Positions 21,681-40,543 of a stretch of 64,000 bases of DNA are shown piece by piece. This stretch comes from the human T2T-CHM13v2.0 reference genome, Homo sapiens. Location: assembly GCF_009914755.1 (NCBI RefSeq), contig NC_060928.1. One strand, 5' to 3'. The notes under the pieces were generated by a model. It worked only from the letters and a program-made list of their open reading frames with translations, was not told the DNA's origin and did no database searches. Made by a program: the position numbers and the translations under genes. Every line of letters starts with the position of its first letter. Position 1 is the stretch's first letter.

Positions 21681-21742
21681 ATAGAATGCTAGTTGCCAGG
21701 GCCTGAGGGCAGTGAAAAAGTAGTTATAATTTAATGGGTATG

Positions 21743-22090
21743 TGTATTAGTCTGTTTTCAGGCTGCTGATAAAGACATACCCGAGACTGGGCAATTTACA
21801 AAAGAAAGAGGTTTGATTGTGAGGAAAGCCTCACAATCATGGTGCAAGGGAAAGAGAAGCAAGTCGTGTCTTACATGGATGGCAGCAGGCAAAGAGAGAG
21901 AGTTTGTGAAGGGAAACACTCGTTTTTAAAACCATCAGATCTCCTGAGACTTATTCACTCATGAGAACAGCACAGGAAAGACCTGCCTCCATGATTTAAT
22001 TGTCTCCCACTGGGTCCCTCCCACAACATGTGGGAATTATGGGATCTGCAAGATGAGATTTGGGTGGGGACACAAAGCCAAACCATATCA
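21743..22090 (-). mobile_element. THE1 solo LTR (THE1B-like)
   Basis: TGTATTAGTCTG...AAACCATATCA, with perfect 5-bp TSD GTATG at 21738-21742 and 22091-22095. Confidence 0.92.
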
Positions 22091-22256
22091 GTATGGAATT
22101 TTAATATAGGAAGATGGAAAAAGTTGTGGAGATGGATGGTCGTGATCATTGCACAACAATTTGAATATACTTAATGGCCACAGAACTGTACACTTAAAAA
22201 TGGTTAAAATGGCAAATTTTATGCTATGAATATTTTACCATATTTTTTAAAATTTA

Positions 22257-22550
<294 letters not shown>

Positions 22551-22691
22551 TAGATTTAATTTTTTATTTTATGAAAAAGGAACCTGAGTTTCCAGGCAAA
22601 CTGGCTTGTCCAAAGTTACTCAGCAAAGTGAGTAACACAGTTGGGACTAGACCCCAGGGCTGCTGGCCATCAGGCTGAACATCCTCATTAA

Positions 22692-23305
<614 letters not shown>

Positions 23306-24089
23306 GATAATCTCTCCCCTCTAGGACGAGGGGTCTAGCAGAGACGCCAGGGGAACTCCTGGGATCATCACCCTCTAGAATCAGGAAGCATTTCCACAGT
23401 AGCCCTTCTTCCTTGTCTGTGGCCTTGCTGTCTTCATTCCACTTTTGCCTCCTTTTTCTCCCTGAACTGATGCTCTTGATTGTGAAGGCATGTAACATCC
23501 TCATGGCAAGGCCCTGGCAAAGCAAATGGAGGTGGAATGGGCTCCAGTGGAAAATGTATGTCTGGATGGGAGTTTTTCTGTTTTTACCACCTCTCTTGGC
23601 TCTCAGCTGCTGGGATTTCATGCAAAGTGGCATTTCCAGCACTAGGTTGGCTCCTGTTGTGAGAGTTTTGTTTTCCTATGTGTACCTCTCCTGGACTTGA
23701 GGGTCGCCTCCCATGGACACTGCCAGCTGCCGTCCTCCCGGGGTTCTGCCCATGCAGCCTGAACGGTACCTCCATTATTGACGGAGTGTGCCCTGGCAAG
23801 CTCTCAGGGCATGTCCTGTCTGGCCTGAGAGAGCGCACACACTTGGGAAACAGGTTGTTTCATCAGCTGCAAAAACTTCTGCTCCCCTATTCTAATCAGT
23901 GGACCAGATGAGAGTCCTCAGAGAGACCTAAGACAAGCCTTTTTTAATTTGGTCTTCGAATCCTGATGGACAGAAGGCTTAACCTAAGGTAGGAAAGCAA
24001 AGACCGGGGTTGAGAGTTTGAAAAACCACTCTGACCATGGAGATAAACCTTCCACAGGTAGTTCAGGTAGTGCCATACAGGGAAACTAT

Positions 24090-24610
24090 TTTTTTCAATA
24101 TTTATTAGGCATCAACCATGGGGCAGACACTGTGCTAAGAGCTGGGGTTATGCTGACAGAATGAGAGAATCAAGCCCTCTGCCCTCATGGAGCTTACAGT
24201 CTAGTAAGTTAGGAAGCCAATAATAAGTAAGGAAACAACTAAATAGACAAGAACATTATAGACTGAAGTGCTAGGGAGATGATGGCAGGTAAGTGTGGCT
24301 GGAAGAGTGGGGTGAGGCTGCTGCCTTGCATAAGGTGGTGAGAGAAGGCCACACAAAGAAAGTGAATCTAAGCTGAGACCTGAAAGATTACAAGAAGCCA
24401 AATATATGAAGAACTGGGAAAGCAACATATGCAAAGGCTGCAGGACAGAGAGGGGACCAGGAGGGCCACCAGGCTGGAGCACGGGAAGCGAGGGAGAAAG
24501 AGGTCACAGCCAGGACATCTGGGGCCTGGTGGGCTACACTAAGGACTTTGGCTTTTATTCTGAGGGCAACAGGAAGCCACTAAAGGTTTAAACATAAATG
24601 GAAATGATTC
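24090..24610 (-). mobile_element. LINE-2 remnant
   Basis: CCCTCTGCCCTCATGGAGCTTACAGTCTAG and AAGGACTTTGGCTTTTATTCTGAG are typical antisense L2. Confidence 0.75.
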
Positions 24611-24722
24611 TGAACAGACCTCACCTCCTTGACTGAGACCTCTCTACTCATTTCTCTGACCATTCGACTCTCCAACTTACTGGGCCCTAGTTTTAAATAA
24701 GCCCTTCTCTTCACTCCTGCTA

Positions 24723-25010
<288 letters not shown>

Positions 25011-27065
25011 TTAAAAACAGAAAGAAATGTGGTTGTCAGAAATTCCAGAGGCTGAATGGACTGTGCCCCCAGTTAAAGAAACTTTCATAAGTTTCCATCC
25101 CCTCGTCTGCTTTTAGGTGTTGGAACTCAGTGTGAAAATCCTCCTCCTGTCTGAGGTCTGACAAAGCAGAAGAGAAACTTGAGATCCTATCACTGATCTC
25201 ACCACATCTGGAATGAAGATCAGGGCCTCAGACATTTAAATGAAAAGTCCAGATTTTCTTCCCAGCCTCCTCCCACCACACAACTGAAGTTAAGCAACAG
25301 GCATGCAACGGGTGGATGGCACATTCATCATTTTCTTCATTTACCAAAGCCACAATTAACTTTAATTAAAACTCACCCATCTGCTCCCCATTACCCCACC
25401 CCCACCTACAGAGGAAAACCCAGCTCACTCTCTACCTGTAACCCAGAAAAACAGAAACTGTTTTATGGGAGTGCATGGACCCAGAGCCTGTTTATGGAGT
25501 AATCATCTGTGTTCTGATCCCTCATTACACTGGACGGAGCCGCTGGGCAAGAAAAACAGGTTGACATCTGAAAGAGATGCTGGGAAGCCTGAGATTCTGG
25601 TCTGTTTTCCTTCCCACTAAAGGATTGTCTTTCCCAGGTCCTTAAAGCATTCCTGGTTCCCACTCTACTTCTTTCTTTTCTTTCATTGGTTACACGAATA
25701 TTTCTTGAGCTGTTAATATATGTCGGGCAAAGAGTTCTTGTACAAATCTTTTCTGGTGTGGTGGAATGAAAGAGCATGAATTGTAAAGTTGGACAACCTC
25801 AGTTTGGGGTCCAAAAAGTTTCGCTCTCCTGGAGCAAGTTATTTTACTTCTCAAAATGTTGGTATCTACTTTGGCAACCTACAGGCTGCTTTGAGCATTG
25901 ACTATGACAATGAATATGAATGCTTTGTAAATTATAAAGTGCTTCAAAATGATGGCTGTTTTTTGAGGCTATTGCATTGGTTTGTACATGGATCTGCCTG
26001 TGGTCACTCACAACCTATGTATTGCTAAGGGAAGCTATTGGAGATCAAGTTTTACATTCATGTGCCCCATGCAACACCCCTTGAGCAGCCCTAACAATAT
26101 GTTCCTATAGCCATGTGATTTTATACAATTTGGAAAATAAAAGTATTTTAACAGCAATTGTTTAAGATCACTGTCTTTCCTCTCTGACCTTCTCACCATC
26201 AGCGTTCTATTCAGTAGTGATGGGTTGGTGGCAGGCATTTTTGGCATCTGACTAAGGACAACTTGAGTTGGGGATACATGAAGTTTGGATTGAGTGGCAT
26301 ATATTTATGTGGTTTGCAGTCGCTTTTATGTTTAGTTAGGCTATTACCAGCCCTCTTGGTGTAGGAATGACTTCCAGAAATATTCCTAATCCCATTGAGA
26401 CAACTCATCTAGTGTCATAACACCAAAGTGCAGAGCCAAGGGTCAAATTGTGGTATGAACGTGTCCCACGGTGCCCACCACCAGAAATATATGTAAGTAA
26501 TGGAGGGAAAATACAGTTTGAAATGTCTGGAGCCAAAAGCTAGTCTTCAGAAAATGCTTCCAATCATCAGAGGTATACAGTTTTAAATGGAAGATTCAGT
26601 TCTCATTGATACCTGGTTAAAACAAAAGTTTGCTACTATCAGAAATATACTTGATAGGAGAGTGTACACAATTATTAACACATAATACACATATATATTT
26701 TGATGGGAATGTCACAAAATAGGATTGGTCACAATTCCTGGATTTGTAGGGCATAAACTGTAGCAGTATCACCAACAGCAAGCCCATCTGTGTGGGAAGT
26801 CCCACATTTTATGCATCCAATCAGATCACATCACCTCTTAGCACATCTGATGCTCTTGGGCTGACGAGGTCTGTTCATTGACGAAAAGGCACACAACATT
26901 GACACAGAAATGGCAAAATGGCCTGAGGAGTTTTCTTATGTCAAAACTCCTATACATATTCATTAATAAATCAATGTAAGTAATAGTAATTTGATTACAT
27001 AATTATAATTAATTAATAATTATAATATAGTTCAACACAAGTACAATTTAAAATTGCTCTTCTGA

Positions 27066-27462
<397 letters not shown>

Positions 27463-28031
27463 CAAGTGCTCTTCTGTATATTTTAATTTCAGATTAGTTT
27501 TATATATTTTTAAGAATTATTAATCATATAAAAATTACCAAAAAATTTATAGAGGTGTGTTGGACAGATAATGAATAAAAATATTAGTTTTTAAAAATGT
27601 GTTGATGTTTGTAATATCTGCCAGCATTTCTACATTTGAAAAATTACTATTATTACTTCACTTATTCCAAATGAATATTTATTTTGAATAAATAATAAAT
27701 ATTTGTGTATTATTTATTAATAGTAAATATTTATTAAGTAATAAATATTCATTATTTATACATACTTAATTTTATATCTTTTTTTCTTAAAGAGAATCCC
27801 CAAATTGTTTAAGCCCCAGGCCCTTCAAAGCCTGGATCCACTCCTGCTTGTATTTGGTGCTAAATATGGTTGCTCTGCCCCACTTTGCTGTAGACATGAG
27901 TCGAGGATCCATGCCCTACTCACTGCTCCACCCTCCACCATAAGCTCTAAAATCCAAGAATACACATTGCAGGTCCCAGCACCTGCCACCCAAGAGAAGA
28001 GACTGGGCATCCCAGAATCTGCCTAGGCAAA

Positions 28032-28395
28032 TGTATTAGTCTGTTCTTACACTGCTAATAAAGACATACCTGAGACTGGGTGATTTATAAAGAAAAAGAG
28101 ATTTAATGGACTCACAGTTCCACATGGCTGGGGAGGCCTCACAATCATAGCAGAAGGCAAAGGAGGAGCAAAGGCAGTTGTTACATGGCAGCAGGCAAGA
28201 AAGCATGTGCAGGGGAACCGCCCTTTATCAAACTATCAGATCTCGTGAGACTTACTCACTATCACGAGAACAGCACGGGAAAACCCGCCCCCATGATTCA
28301 ATTACTTCCCACCGGGTCCCTTCCAGGACACATGGGGATTATGGGAGCTACAATTCAAGACGAGATTTGGGTAGGGACACAGCCAAACTGTATCA
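28032..28395 (-). mobile_element. THE1 solo LTR (THE1C-like)
   Basis: TGTATTAG...TATCA termini; TSD GCA(A/G)A. Confidence 0.9.
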
Positions 28396-28898
28396 GCAGA
28401 GATTCTCATTAATGGGTTCTGAGCATTAGGGCTAGTATAGGAAGCCAAAAGAGGGTAAGGAAGCAAGAAAACTGCAGAGATTACCAAGCACATTCCTGTC
28501 AGATAAAAACCACACAGTGCCAGCTCACAATGAAGATATTAAAAGACTATTTACACATCTCCACCCGGAGTATTAGTTCAAGCAGCAATAACTAACCATA
28601 AGGAAATATCTCTGTGGTGGAGAATGTTAGTTGTCCACCAAAATCTATCTCCTTTTCTTCCAGAAATGTAGAGTTTAAGCCAGGCCATGGATACTTAACT
28701 AGAGATTCCACTTCCCAGCCTCCTTAGTGGCTGGCTGTGGACATATAACTAAGTTCACCAATGGAATGTGAGCCAGAAATGTGTGTGACTTGTGCCTGGC
28801 TTGCTTTTAAAAAGAAATTGCTTCCTTTGTCTTTTTCCCTTTTACCTCTCTGTGATGTAAAGTGATGACTTCCCAGTCATCTTCAAACACATGGATGA

Positions 28899-29215
<317 letters not shown>

Positions 29216-29254
29216 GAGATGAGAACAATGCACAGAAATGCACAGAGCCAGAAA

Positions 29255-30355
29255 TTCCCAAACTTCTCAGTTCACAGCACCCTTAGTGTCTCAGTAATTT
29301 TATCACAGTGCTCCCTGGCCAAAAGAAGTACCCAACAGTTCTGTGTATTGAGTAGTTTTATCCAAACAACCTAATAAGTTCGTGTATCCTAACAACTTAA
29401 TGTCAAAAACTGTGAGGGGTCTGAGATTTCATCCTACTTGTAAACTAGCAAGTTAGTCTGCCACAGTTTTATGGATGCTGGCAGAAGACACAAGACTCCT
29501 GGGTCAGAAACTAAGGAATTTATTACTCTTGGCAGTAGCAATAGCCAGAGTGTCCTCATTAGCTCTGGTTTTCTGAGCCCTGATTCCTACAGTGCTATAT
29601 GAAGAGGGACATATGGCACCTGCAGACACAGTGGGTTGTATTATAGGAGAGGTAGCCTGAATCTCAGGTTACCAAGCTTTGGTAATATGAATCTTTTATA
29701 ATCAGCAGTAAGCCTGCCTGATCTTTGCCCTGGAGGGAGACATTATCTTTATTACTAGACAGTAAACAGACCTGCTCTTTACTCCAGAGGAAGTTGCTAT
29801 CTCTGCCTCCCGAGGCTATTAGCTACACAAACATCTTGAAAATATAGTCTGGATCAAAGGCAGCTAGGGCCTTTGCTTATGACATGTGCAAGCCCATGAG
29901 AAATCCATGGAGAATTGTCTCCCAACACTTAGTAGTCATTTGCAAAAATAATTTACATAAATTGAAATAAAAACATTTTATTTTACTTTTAAACAACTGC
30001 AATTACTTTGTAATGGGAATGTGCACCTGTTGGGCACTGTACAAGTCCTCAGACCTTGGATTCACATTGGACACTGCCACCTTTATTACTGTTTCACACT
30101 GATTTTCTCATAATACTTACTTTTTGTCATAGCAACCACCAAAGACCTAGCTTTACAAAAACACGATGTCATCAAAAGGAAAGTAGTGCTAACTAAAGTT
30201 GATACTGTGAACTACCTAGTAGCTAGTAGTTTTTGTGGCATGTCAGATGTTGAGGATCACTGTGTCTTTGTTAAAAATTTGAAACATTCCATGGTGCCCC
30301 TAGCAGTTCACTGAAGCTCCCTGGGACAAGTTGGTACACAGTTTAGGAACTGCAG
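29255..30355. mobile_element. hAT-Charlie-type DNA transposon remnant split by an LTR
   Basis: Ends resemble inverted termini: TTCCCAAACTT... and ...AGTTTAGGAACTG. Confidence 0.55.
29401..29927 (-). mobile_element. ERVL solo LTR (LTR47-like)
   Basis: TG...CA termini (minus strand starts TGTTGGGAGACAATTCTCC); 5-bp TSD CTTA(A/G). Confidence 0.75.
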
Positions 30356-31619
30356 CCCTAAGCAATGGTGGAAGAAGCAATTGATCCTGAATGGCCTCAT
30401 AAGTAGAGCTGTCTTGATAGCCTAGACTAATCAAATTGTTATATCAAAGAGAAATACATTTTTATCCTTTTTAAGTCTCTGAATTTTTGAGTCTCTTTTT
30501 TGCAGTAGCATAGCCTTTATCCTAACCAATGCAATCTCCTACATAATTTTGGCTGAGCCATACGATGTAGTTTTTCGTGATATATGTTCTCACATTGTGG
30601 GAAAAAATGTTTCCTATGTATTTCTTTTGTCTCTTCAACCTCAGTCATCACCTCAATCAACATTTATTGAGTCCCTGCTATGCTCTGGCACTGGGCTAAG
30701 CATCCTTCCAAGATCTAAATCCACTTCTATGTCACTGAGAACTAAAAATAAAATCCTAAGCCCTCAACCAACTGAACAGACCCCCTCTTGGCCAAGGGGA
30801 CCCCAGAGAAACCTTAAAAACTTGAGTTCCCAGCCATGATGGGACAGGAGGCCAGATGGGCCTCATTGTGCTCCCCTCTTCGTGTAGTTTAGACACCACA
30901 GCTGACCAGCATTAATGTTAAATTCGAGATCATAAGACTCACAGAATAGACTCTTTGTGGCAATAAGATACCAAAGTATAAACAGGACCTAAGGCCATGC
31001 CAGAGAAAGGTTAAGTCACACACCCCTTACACTTAAAGAATAAACTATGTTTTGACTGCCACGGGACTTTTCTTTTTCTCTATCAGCTAAGCAAGTACTG
31101 TCCTTGAGATAAGCAATATTAAAAAAATTCAACTCCCTCACTGCCAGATGCTAAATGACCACCCCCCCACACACACACCCGTTTTACAAGCCACAACTAC
31201 AGCTTTGATTGGACAATACACTAATTTCAGTAACTTTCTCCTGATAAGAGACTACTGACTGTGGACTGGTTCTAGCTGGTTTACAGAGGCTGGTCACTGA
31301 GTGCCTTCATGTCCCTGCTTCACCTTTTGATGCAGAGGGTCTAATTGTAATGCATTTAAATGTTGTCTTCTCATTTGTTAAAAGTGAACATGGATCTTAT
31401 GTAACATATATGTTTATTTGGTAAACATGCATTATGATCTCCTCCATGAATATTCATAGCTCCTCCTGTAACCTGGTGAATACATATACCTGGCCAACAC
31501 ATTCAGCATAAATCCCTGTTCCACCCTCCCCTTCCTTGAAGTGCTTGCTAACAATCTCTGCCAGAGGCTACACTTTGCAGCCTGTGAGGACAGCCACCTT
31601 ACGGGCTGTAACCCTTTAT

Positions 31620-32015
31620 AGAAAATGTGGCACATGTACACCATGGAATACTATGCAGCCATAAAAAATGGTGAGTTCATGTCCTTTGTAGGGACATGGA
31701 TGAAATTGGAAATCATCATTCTCAGTAAACTATCGCAAGAACAAAAAACCAAACACCGCATATTCTCACTCATAGGTGGGAATTGAACAATGAGAACACA
31801 TGGACACAGGAAGGGGGACATCACACTCTGAGGACTGTTGTGAGGTGGGGGGAGGGGGGAGGGATAGCATTAGGAGATATACCTAATGCTAGATGACGAG
31901 TTAGTGGGTGCAGCGCACCAGCATGGCACATGTATACATATGTAACAAACCTGCACATTGTGCACATGTACCCTAAAACTTAAAGTATAATAATAATAAA
32001 TTTAAAAAAAAAAAA
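31620..32015 (+). mobile_element. 5'-truncated young L1 (L1PA2/3-like) 3' end
   Basis: AAATTGGAAATCATC...GCTAGATGACGAGTTAGTGGG (GAG rather than the L1HS ACA/ACG), with poly(A) tail. Confidence 0.93.
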
Positions 32016-32027
32016 AGTCTTTTTTCT

Positions 32028-32323
32028 GACCAGGTGCAGTGGCTCACACCTATAATCCCAGTACTTTGGGAGGCCGAGGCGGGTAAACCACTTGAGCCAG
32101 GAGTTCAAGACCAGCCTGGCCAACGTGGTGAAACCCCATCTCTACTAAAAATACAAAAATTAGCCAGACATGGTGGTGGGTGCCTGTAATCCCAGCCACT
32201 CAGGAGGCTGAGGCACAAGAATCATTTGAACCTGGGAGGTGGAGGTTTCAGTGAGTCAAGATCGCACCACTGCACTCCAGCCTGAGTGACAGAGTAAGAC
32301 TCTGTCTCTGGAAAAAAAAAAAA
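32028..32323 (+). mobile_element. Alu (AluS-like)
   Basis: Full dimer; degenerate TSD AAAG..TTTTTTCT. Confidence 0.92.
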
Positions 32324-33354
32324 GAATTTTTTCTAAATGTATAAATTATGTGATTCTTTAGTTGACATTACTCGGTCTCCTCAGCTGCAGGCTCAGTCAC
32401 TCTTGATCCTTAAACCAATTCTAAGCAAGTCCCTTACCCATTTACCTAGTTGGGTCTGGAAGTAACATTGGTGCCTTACTCCCAGGAGTAGCTGGTGTGC
32501 CCAGAGATGAGTTCCTGGGAATGCAAGTAAAATGAAGCCTCTGCCCTCCACTTATCCCCCTCAACCCCCTCAACATCACTAGTTTCCCAAGTTCCTGTAC
32601 AAGGCTTCTCTCTCTATGACCTAGACATAGTCCCCTGCTGGGACTGAAGCTCCAGCTCACTCAGCTGGGACTAGGCATGTGACATCCTCTTGCCATTTCC
32701 CTCTCCCTAGGGGCTGGCACCATTCCTCCTTAGCCCCAGAAGCAGTCAGAATACTTGGAATCTGAACACCAGCACCCATTGAAGGTCAAGTGTTTCCAAT
32801 GCTCAGTGGCTTCAGTTGCCCGCATCACTTATTGCATCAGATTCCCACGATTCAAATACAAACTTGCCATATGACTTTGGAAACGATTGTCCAAACTGCT
32901 GTCTGGAGGACAGCCCTTCGGCTGGATGAGTTTGCCAGCCCCATCCCGGCATTTCTCATGAGGTTATGAGTGTTTAGTTCAAGTCTGCCTTGCCCTGAAG
33001 CCTCTACGTTCCTTCTGGCATCTGCTGCTCTCTGGACAATTCCAGCACCAAAACCTGGATCACAAACTTTAGCGCTTACTCTCCTATCTGCTGATTATTT
33101 CTATGATATTCTTAACTTCCCAGAGAAAATGCAAGGCAGTGAATTTTTTTTTACTTACTAATTTTTAATTGTATTATACAAAGATCTCTGACATGCAAAT
33201 AAAGACCCTAAACATTGTAGCATCCAACATGTCAAAGTAAGATGTAATCATGTTATGTGATGGTATTATAGTCAGAAGATCTTGGAATACCAGAATCCTG
33301 CACTGGACTTCCCTGCCAAGCTCACTGAAGGAGAATATGCACAAGGGACAAAGC

Positions 33355-33600
33355 AAAGTAGTCAAATCCACACCTAATGTCATTAATAGGTTCTCGGAAA
33401 CTGCAACTTTAAGTGAACAATATATAACAGAAACCAATTTTACCATGTTTATTTTTGCATTTTTTTTAGTAGAGACTGGGTTTTACCACGTTGGCCAGGC
33501 TGGTCTCAAACTCCTGACCTCAAGTGATCTGCCCACCTTATCCTCCTACGTGCTGGGATTACAGGCATGGCCTGTTTCATTACAATGTTGATAAGAAAAA
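33355..33600. mobile_element. TcMar-Tigger (MER82-like) fragment with an antisense Alu fragment at 33448-33572
   Basis: AATAGGTTCTCGGAAACTGCAACTTTAAG...AAACCAATTTTACCAT. Confidence 0.55.
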
Positions 33601-34098
33601 AAAAATCGCACTGCCCTTTAGGTTGATCTTTGATCCCCATGCTCTTCCTTCCCCACTTCAGTGGTGCTCTGGAAGCTGGAACCCATGATCTCCAAATGCT
33701 TAGGATAAAGATACTGGATGCCTTCCTTTCACAGGAGTTAACAGTGACAGCATGAGATCATCAGGTATTTCAGTAGAAACCTAAAAAATAGAAACAAATT
33801 AGGAGCAAAGGAGGAAAGGGGGCTAAAGTTTGTTGAACACCTTCTGAAATCAACAGAACAAAATCTCATGTGGGAGTGAGATTCCAAAGCAAATATCTGG
33901 GGCAAAAGTTGCCTATTGCCAAAATGAGTCTTGAAAATTTCTTAAATAACTCAGAAAATACTGCACACATAGAGACGTGTATATATTCTTTTATGCCAAC
34001 ATGTACGTATAAATGTAAAACACACTTCTTACATATATAATTAAAATTACATATAAAAACATACATAACTAAAATTACATATTAAAAGCGTATTTCAG

Positions 34099-34372
34099 GG
34101 CCGGGCGCAATGGCTCGCATCTATAATTCCAGCATTTTGGAAGGCCAAGGCGAGAGGGTCACTTGAGCCCAGGAGTTCAAACAACATAGTGAGACCCCAT
34201 ATCTACCAAAAAAATATAACAATTAGCCAAGTGTGTTGGTGTGTCCCTGTAGTCCCACCTACTTGCGAGGCTGGGGAAGGAGGGTTGTTTGAGCCCAGGA
34301 GTTCAGGCTACAGGGAGCCAAAATCATGCCACTGCACTCCAGCCTGGGTGACAGAGCAAGACTTCATTTAGA
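34099..34372 (+). mobile_element. Alu (AluJo-like)
   Basis: TSD AAAGCGTATTTCAG. Confidence 0.9.
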
Positions 34373-34794
34373 AACTAAAGCGTATTTCAGAATGTTTAAT
34401 TACATAAAAGAGGAAAAAGGGGAAGAAAGGCCAGTGTTGTGGAATTCATGTAAGTTAATTATATGTATGATGTAACTCCTAAACTACTTTACATAATTTA
34501 ATACTCTCAACAACACTGAAGGGTGATCACTATTCTCCTTATTTTGTAGAAAAGTAACTGGGGCTCAGAAAAATTAACTGATTTTACCAAAGTCACATGG
34601 CTACTAAATGCCACAGACAGGACTTGAACCCAGGCTTGCCTGGCTCCAAAGTCAATTTTTTCCACTTCACCACAGGGCCACTCTTCTTGACATCTGCTCC
34701 AGCAAGGGTTGGGAGGCCCCTGAACTTATGGACTTAACGATTTTGCCCCAAATTGGCTCTGGCCTTGTCCAGGTGAATATTTAAAATACATATT

Positions 34795-35702
<908 letters not shown>

Positions 35703-35934
35703 TAGGCTCAACTGTGAGCCCTAGAGACTGGGCTAGGGACAGAAAATATGATGACTTTTGTCCATGTGGAATAGGAGAGCTGGAATTTGGACTCTAAATA
35801 AATCTTGAAACATTAAAGAGCTACTCGGTCCAGAAATCATGGCCTAGAAAAACTCTTCCCACTGTCCTGGGGAAGTAGATCCCACAGCATGCCAACTGTC
35901 TGAGACCTTGGGTGTTAAGAAAATATCACTTGTT

Positions 35935-36270
<336 letters not shown>

Positions 36271-36701
36271 TTACACTCCCTTTGTGCTGCAGAAACTCTA
36301 AGCATATAAGGTAACAAATTAACACAAAACTGGTCAGGACTGTTGAAACCTTCAATGATCTGGCAGAACTAAACAGGAAACTGCTCAGTAGAGACACTTT
36401 CACTGTCAGGGCCTCATGAGAAATTCACAGCAAAAACATGTTTCACTGAAGATGAGTTTACAATCTAAAATTCAAATCACACAATTCAATTTGCATCCCC
36501 TTTAGGAAGAGTTAGCAGTCACAGTGAACAGGGAACTTACAATCCAGAATTGGAAAGAGTAGAAAAATCTGCAGGATGGTGAGAATTTGATTGTTGCTTT
36601 CACATAACACATTACATAGCCTCATTATGGGACCAATGTACTAGCTACCGAGGATTCTGTTATTTGTGGAGACACACTGAGTTTGCCAAAGTGGGGAAAG
36701 A

Positions 36702-37022
<321 letters not shown>

Positions 37023-37093
37023 CTATCTCGCAAAACAGGAGCATGGCAGTCATAAACCTGAGTGAGGACAATTTGACTCCCATAATTTGGAGA

Positions 37094-37706
37094 TGCTGGG
37101 GTTCAGAAACAAATACCCCAAAATATGGTGCTTTGACATGCTGAACTGAAGAAGAAGGCTCAAGGTCTCTCTAACCTTCTCCCTCCACCCTCCTCTTGAT
37201 CCCCTATCTCTCCCAAAGCACGAGGTGAAGTTGTTCTCTGAAGTTCCCTTATCTGCCCAAAGTTCAGACCTGCCAAAGAGGAAAACAATGATCTCTGGTC
37301 CCTTCCTTGAATTTTAATTAACTGAAAATTCCTATCACAGGAATAAAGACTTAAAGCCTGTCGACGCACCTGGATAGACTTTTGTCAGAAACCATCGTCT
37401 GCTCTGCGGGCCCAACAGACTTGTCCAGGCCATTTTATGTTCTTCAAGCCCATCGAATTCCTCTAAAAATCATTTACTACTCCCCTAAAATTATCTACAC
37501 TTCTCCATCTCCCTTTCCGCTAAGAAGAAAGGTATATGAGCATCTGTACCCCACTGGGTTGAGGGATAATCACTCTGTGATTTTCACTCCGTGCAAGTTA
37601 ATACAAATTTGTATGCCTTTTCTCTTATTAATCCACCTTTTGTAAAGTTAATTAGTTGATTTCCATTGAACTCTGAAGGGTGAAGGGGAACAAGAATTCT
37701 TCTACA
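37094..37706 (+). mobile_element. ERV1 solo LTR (MER39-like)
   Basis: Starts TGCTGGGGTTCAGAAACAAATACCCCAAAATATGGTGCTTTGACATGCTGAACTGAAG. Confidence 0.75.
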
Positions 37707-37869
37707 CCCAGGAATTCCCTTGGAGTTGGAAGCATGAGGCTCAGCCGTTTGCAACATCACATCTTGTGCCAAACAAATGCAAAGATTATCACTAGGAAGA
37801 AGCAATGATAAGGCAGGAGTGGAAGACTCTTTTCTCTATGTTTCCACATTCTATCAAAAAGAGAATGGA

Positions 37870-38532
<663 letters not shown>

Positions 38533-39296
38533 AGGAAAGGGTATTTTCAAATTCATTCTTTATTTGGTAAAATAAAACAAATTATAGGTCATTTTTCTGT
38601 GAACTGGAAAGAGAATCAGAGTATCTAAACTAATGGCTCATTTTTATGTGTAAAATATATAGTCAATAAGAAGCATTTGGTTCATTTTCATCATGCTGTT
38701 TATATGTTGTCTAAAGATAAAATTTTTAAACATGGTTATTAATGAACTTGAGGAGAAACTGCTTTGAGAGCAACTGAGAGCAAAATTCAGATATGAACAT
38801 TTTTCTTCTACAATAATTGTACTTAAAGCATAAGCTTGCTAATAAATTACTCAGCTGTTTCCTACACTGACATCAAAGGATTAGGATATTTTATCAATGT
38901 TACCCTAAGACAATTGTTATTTCCTCTTCTTGGTAAAATGTTTATGACCCAACTTCAAAAGAACTTCAATATTTCTTCATTAGCTGGAGGTAACTTAAGT
39001 AAGTTTCTCTATTCCTACTTGTTGGACACCAGAAACTTGAAAACCATTAGGCTTGACAGGCAAAGCAGATGGCCTTGGAATTTGTCCAGGATAATGGTGC
39101 AGCCCCGGGATCAGGACTAACCTGCTTTTCAGGCTCTGCACCAATCCCTCTATGCAATCCTTCCCCAAGTCTTGTGGGCCTTTCATATGGCTTCCCTGCC
39201 CTCATGGCCCCATCCGATGGGGCATTTGGAGGTTTACTAAATCTGGTTGCTCTGTAAAACATGTAGATTTATTACAAGTAAATATATATATATATA

Positions 39297-39434
39297 TTGC
39301 AAAATGTTCATTATAGGGGACAAGTTTTTAAAAAACTATGTTACATCTACACAATGGAATAATACTGACACAAAGAAAGGTCAAGGACACTCAATATATA
39401 GATATAAAAACCTCTCTGAGATATAAAATAAAAA
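39297..39434 (+). repeat. Copy 1 of a ~140-bp local direct duplication (copy 2 at ~40197-40645)
   Basis: ATAGGGGACAAGTTTTT and ATGTTACATCTACACAATGGAATAATACTGACACAAAGAAAGGTCAAGG each occur at both places. Confidence 0.92.
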
Positions 39435-39569
39435 CACATATATGTATGTATTTTAAAATAAGATAGTATTAAAAATAATTTTTATTGGAAAATATTTTAC
39501 TAATATACTGAGAGCACTGTGAAATTTGTTCCTGTTTTTTTAGAAGTATTAATTTTTTAATTTTTTTCA

Positions 39570-40230
<661 letters not shown>

Positions 40231-40233
40231 TGA

Positions 40234-40543
<310 letters not shown>

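Larger units (their letters stand above)
20890..22255 (+). mobile_element. L1MB-like 3' end interrupted by an AluJ and a THE1
   Basis: Contains CAGTATGGCAGTTCCTCAA, GATGAATGGAT and CACTTAAAAATGGTTAAAATGGCAAATTTTATG. Confidence 0.8.
30736..32367 (+). mobile_element. ERV1 solo LTR (MER4-family, MER4D-like) interrupted by an L1 and an Alu
   Basis: Starts TGAGAACTAAAAATAAAATCCTAAGCCC and ends TTAGTTGACA; 4-bp TSD T(C/T)AC. Confidence 0.8.

Noticed and set aside
31620-32015. Possible local duplicate of the 3' end of the L1 at 1-4677
   Set aside because: Diagnostic bases differ (GCTAGATGACGAGTTAGT vs GTAAATGATGAGTTAAT), so this is an independent, younger insertion.
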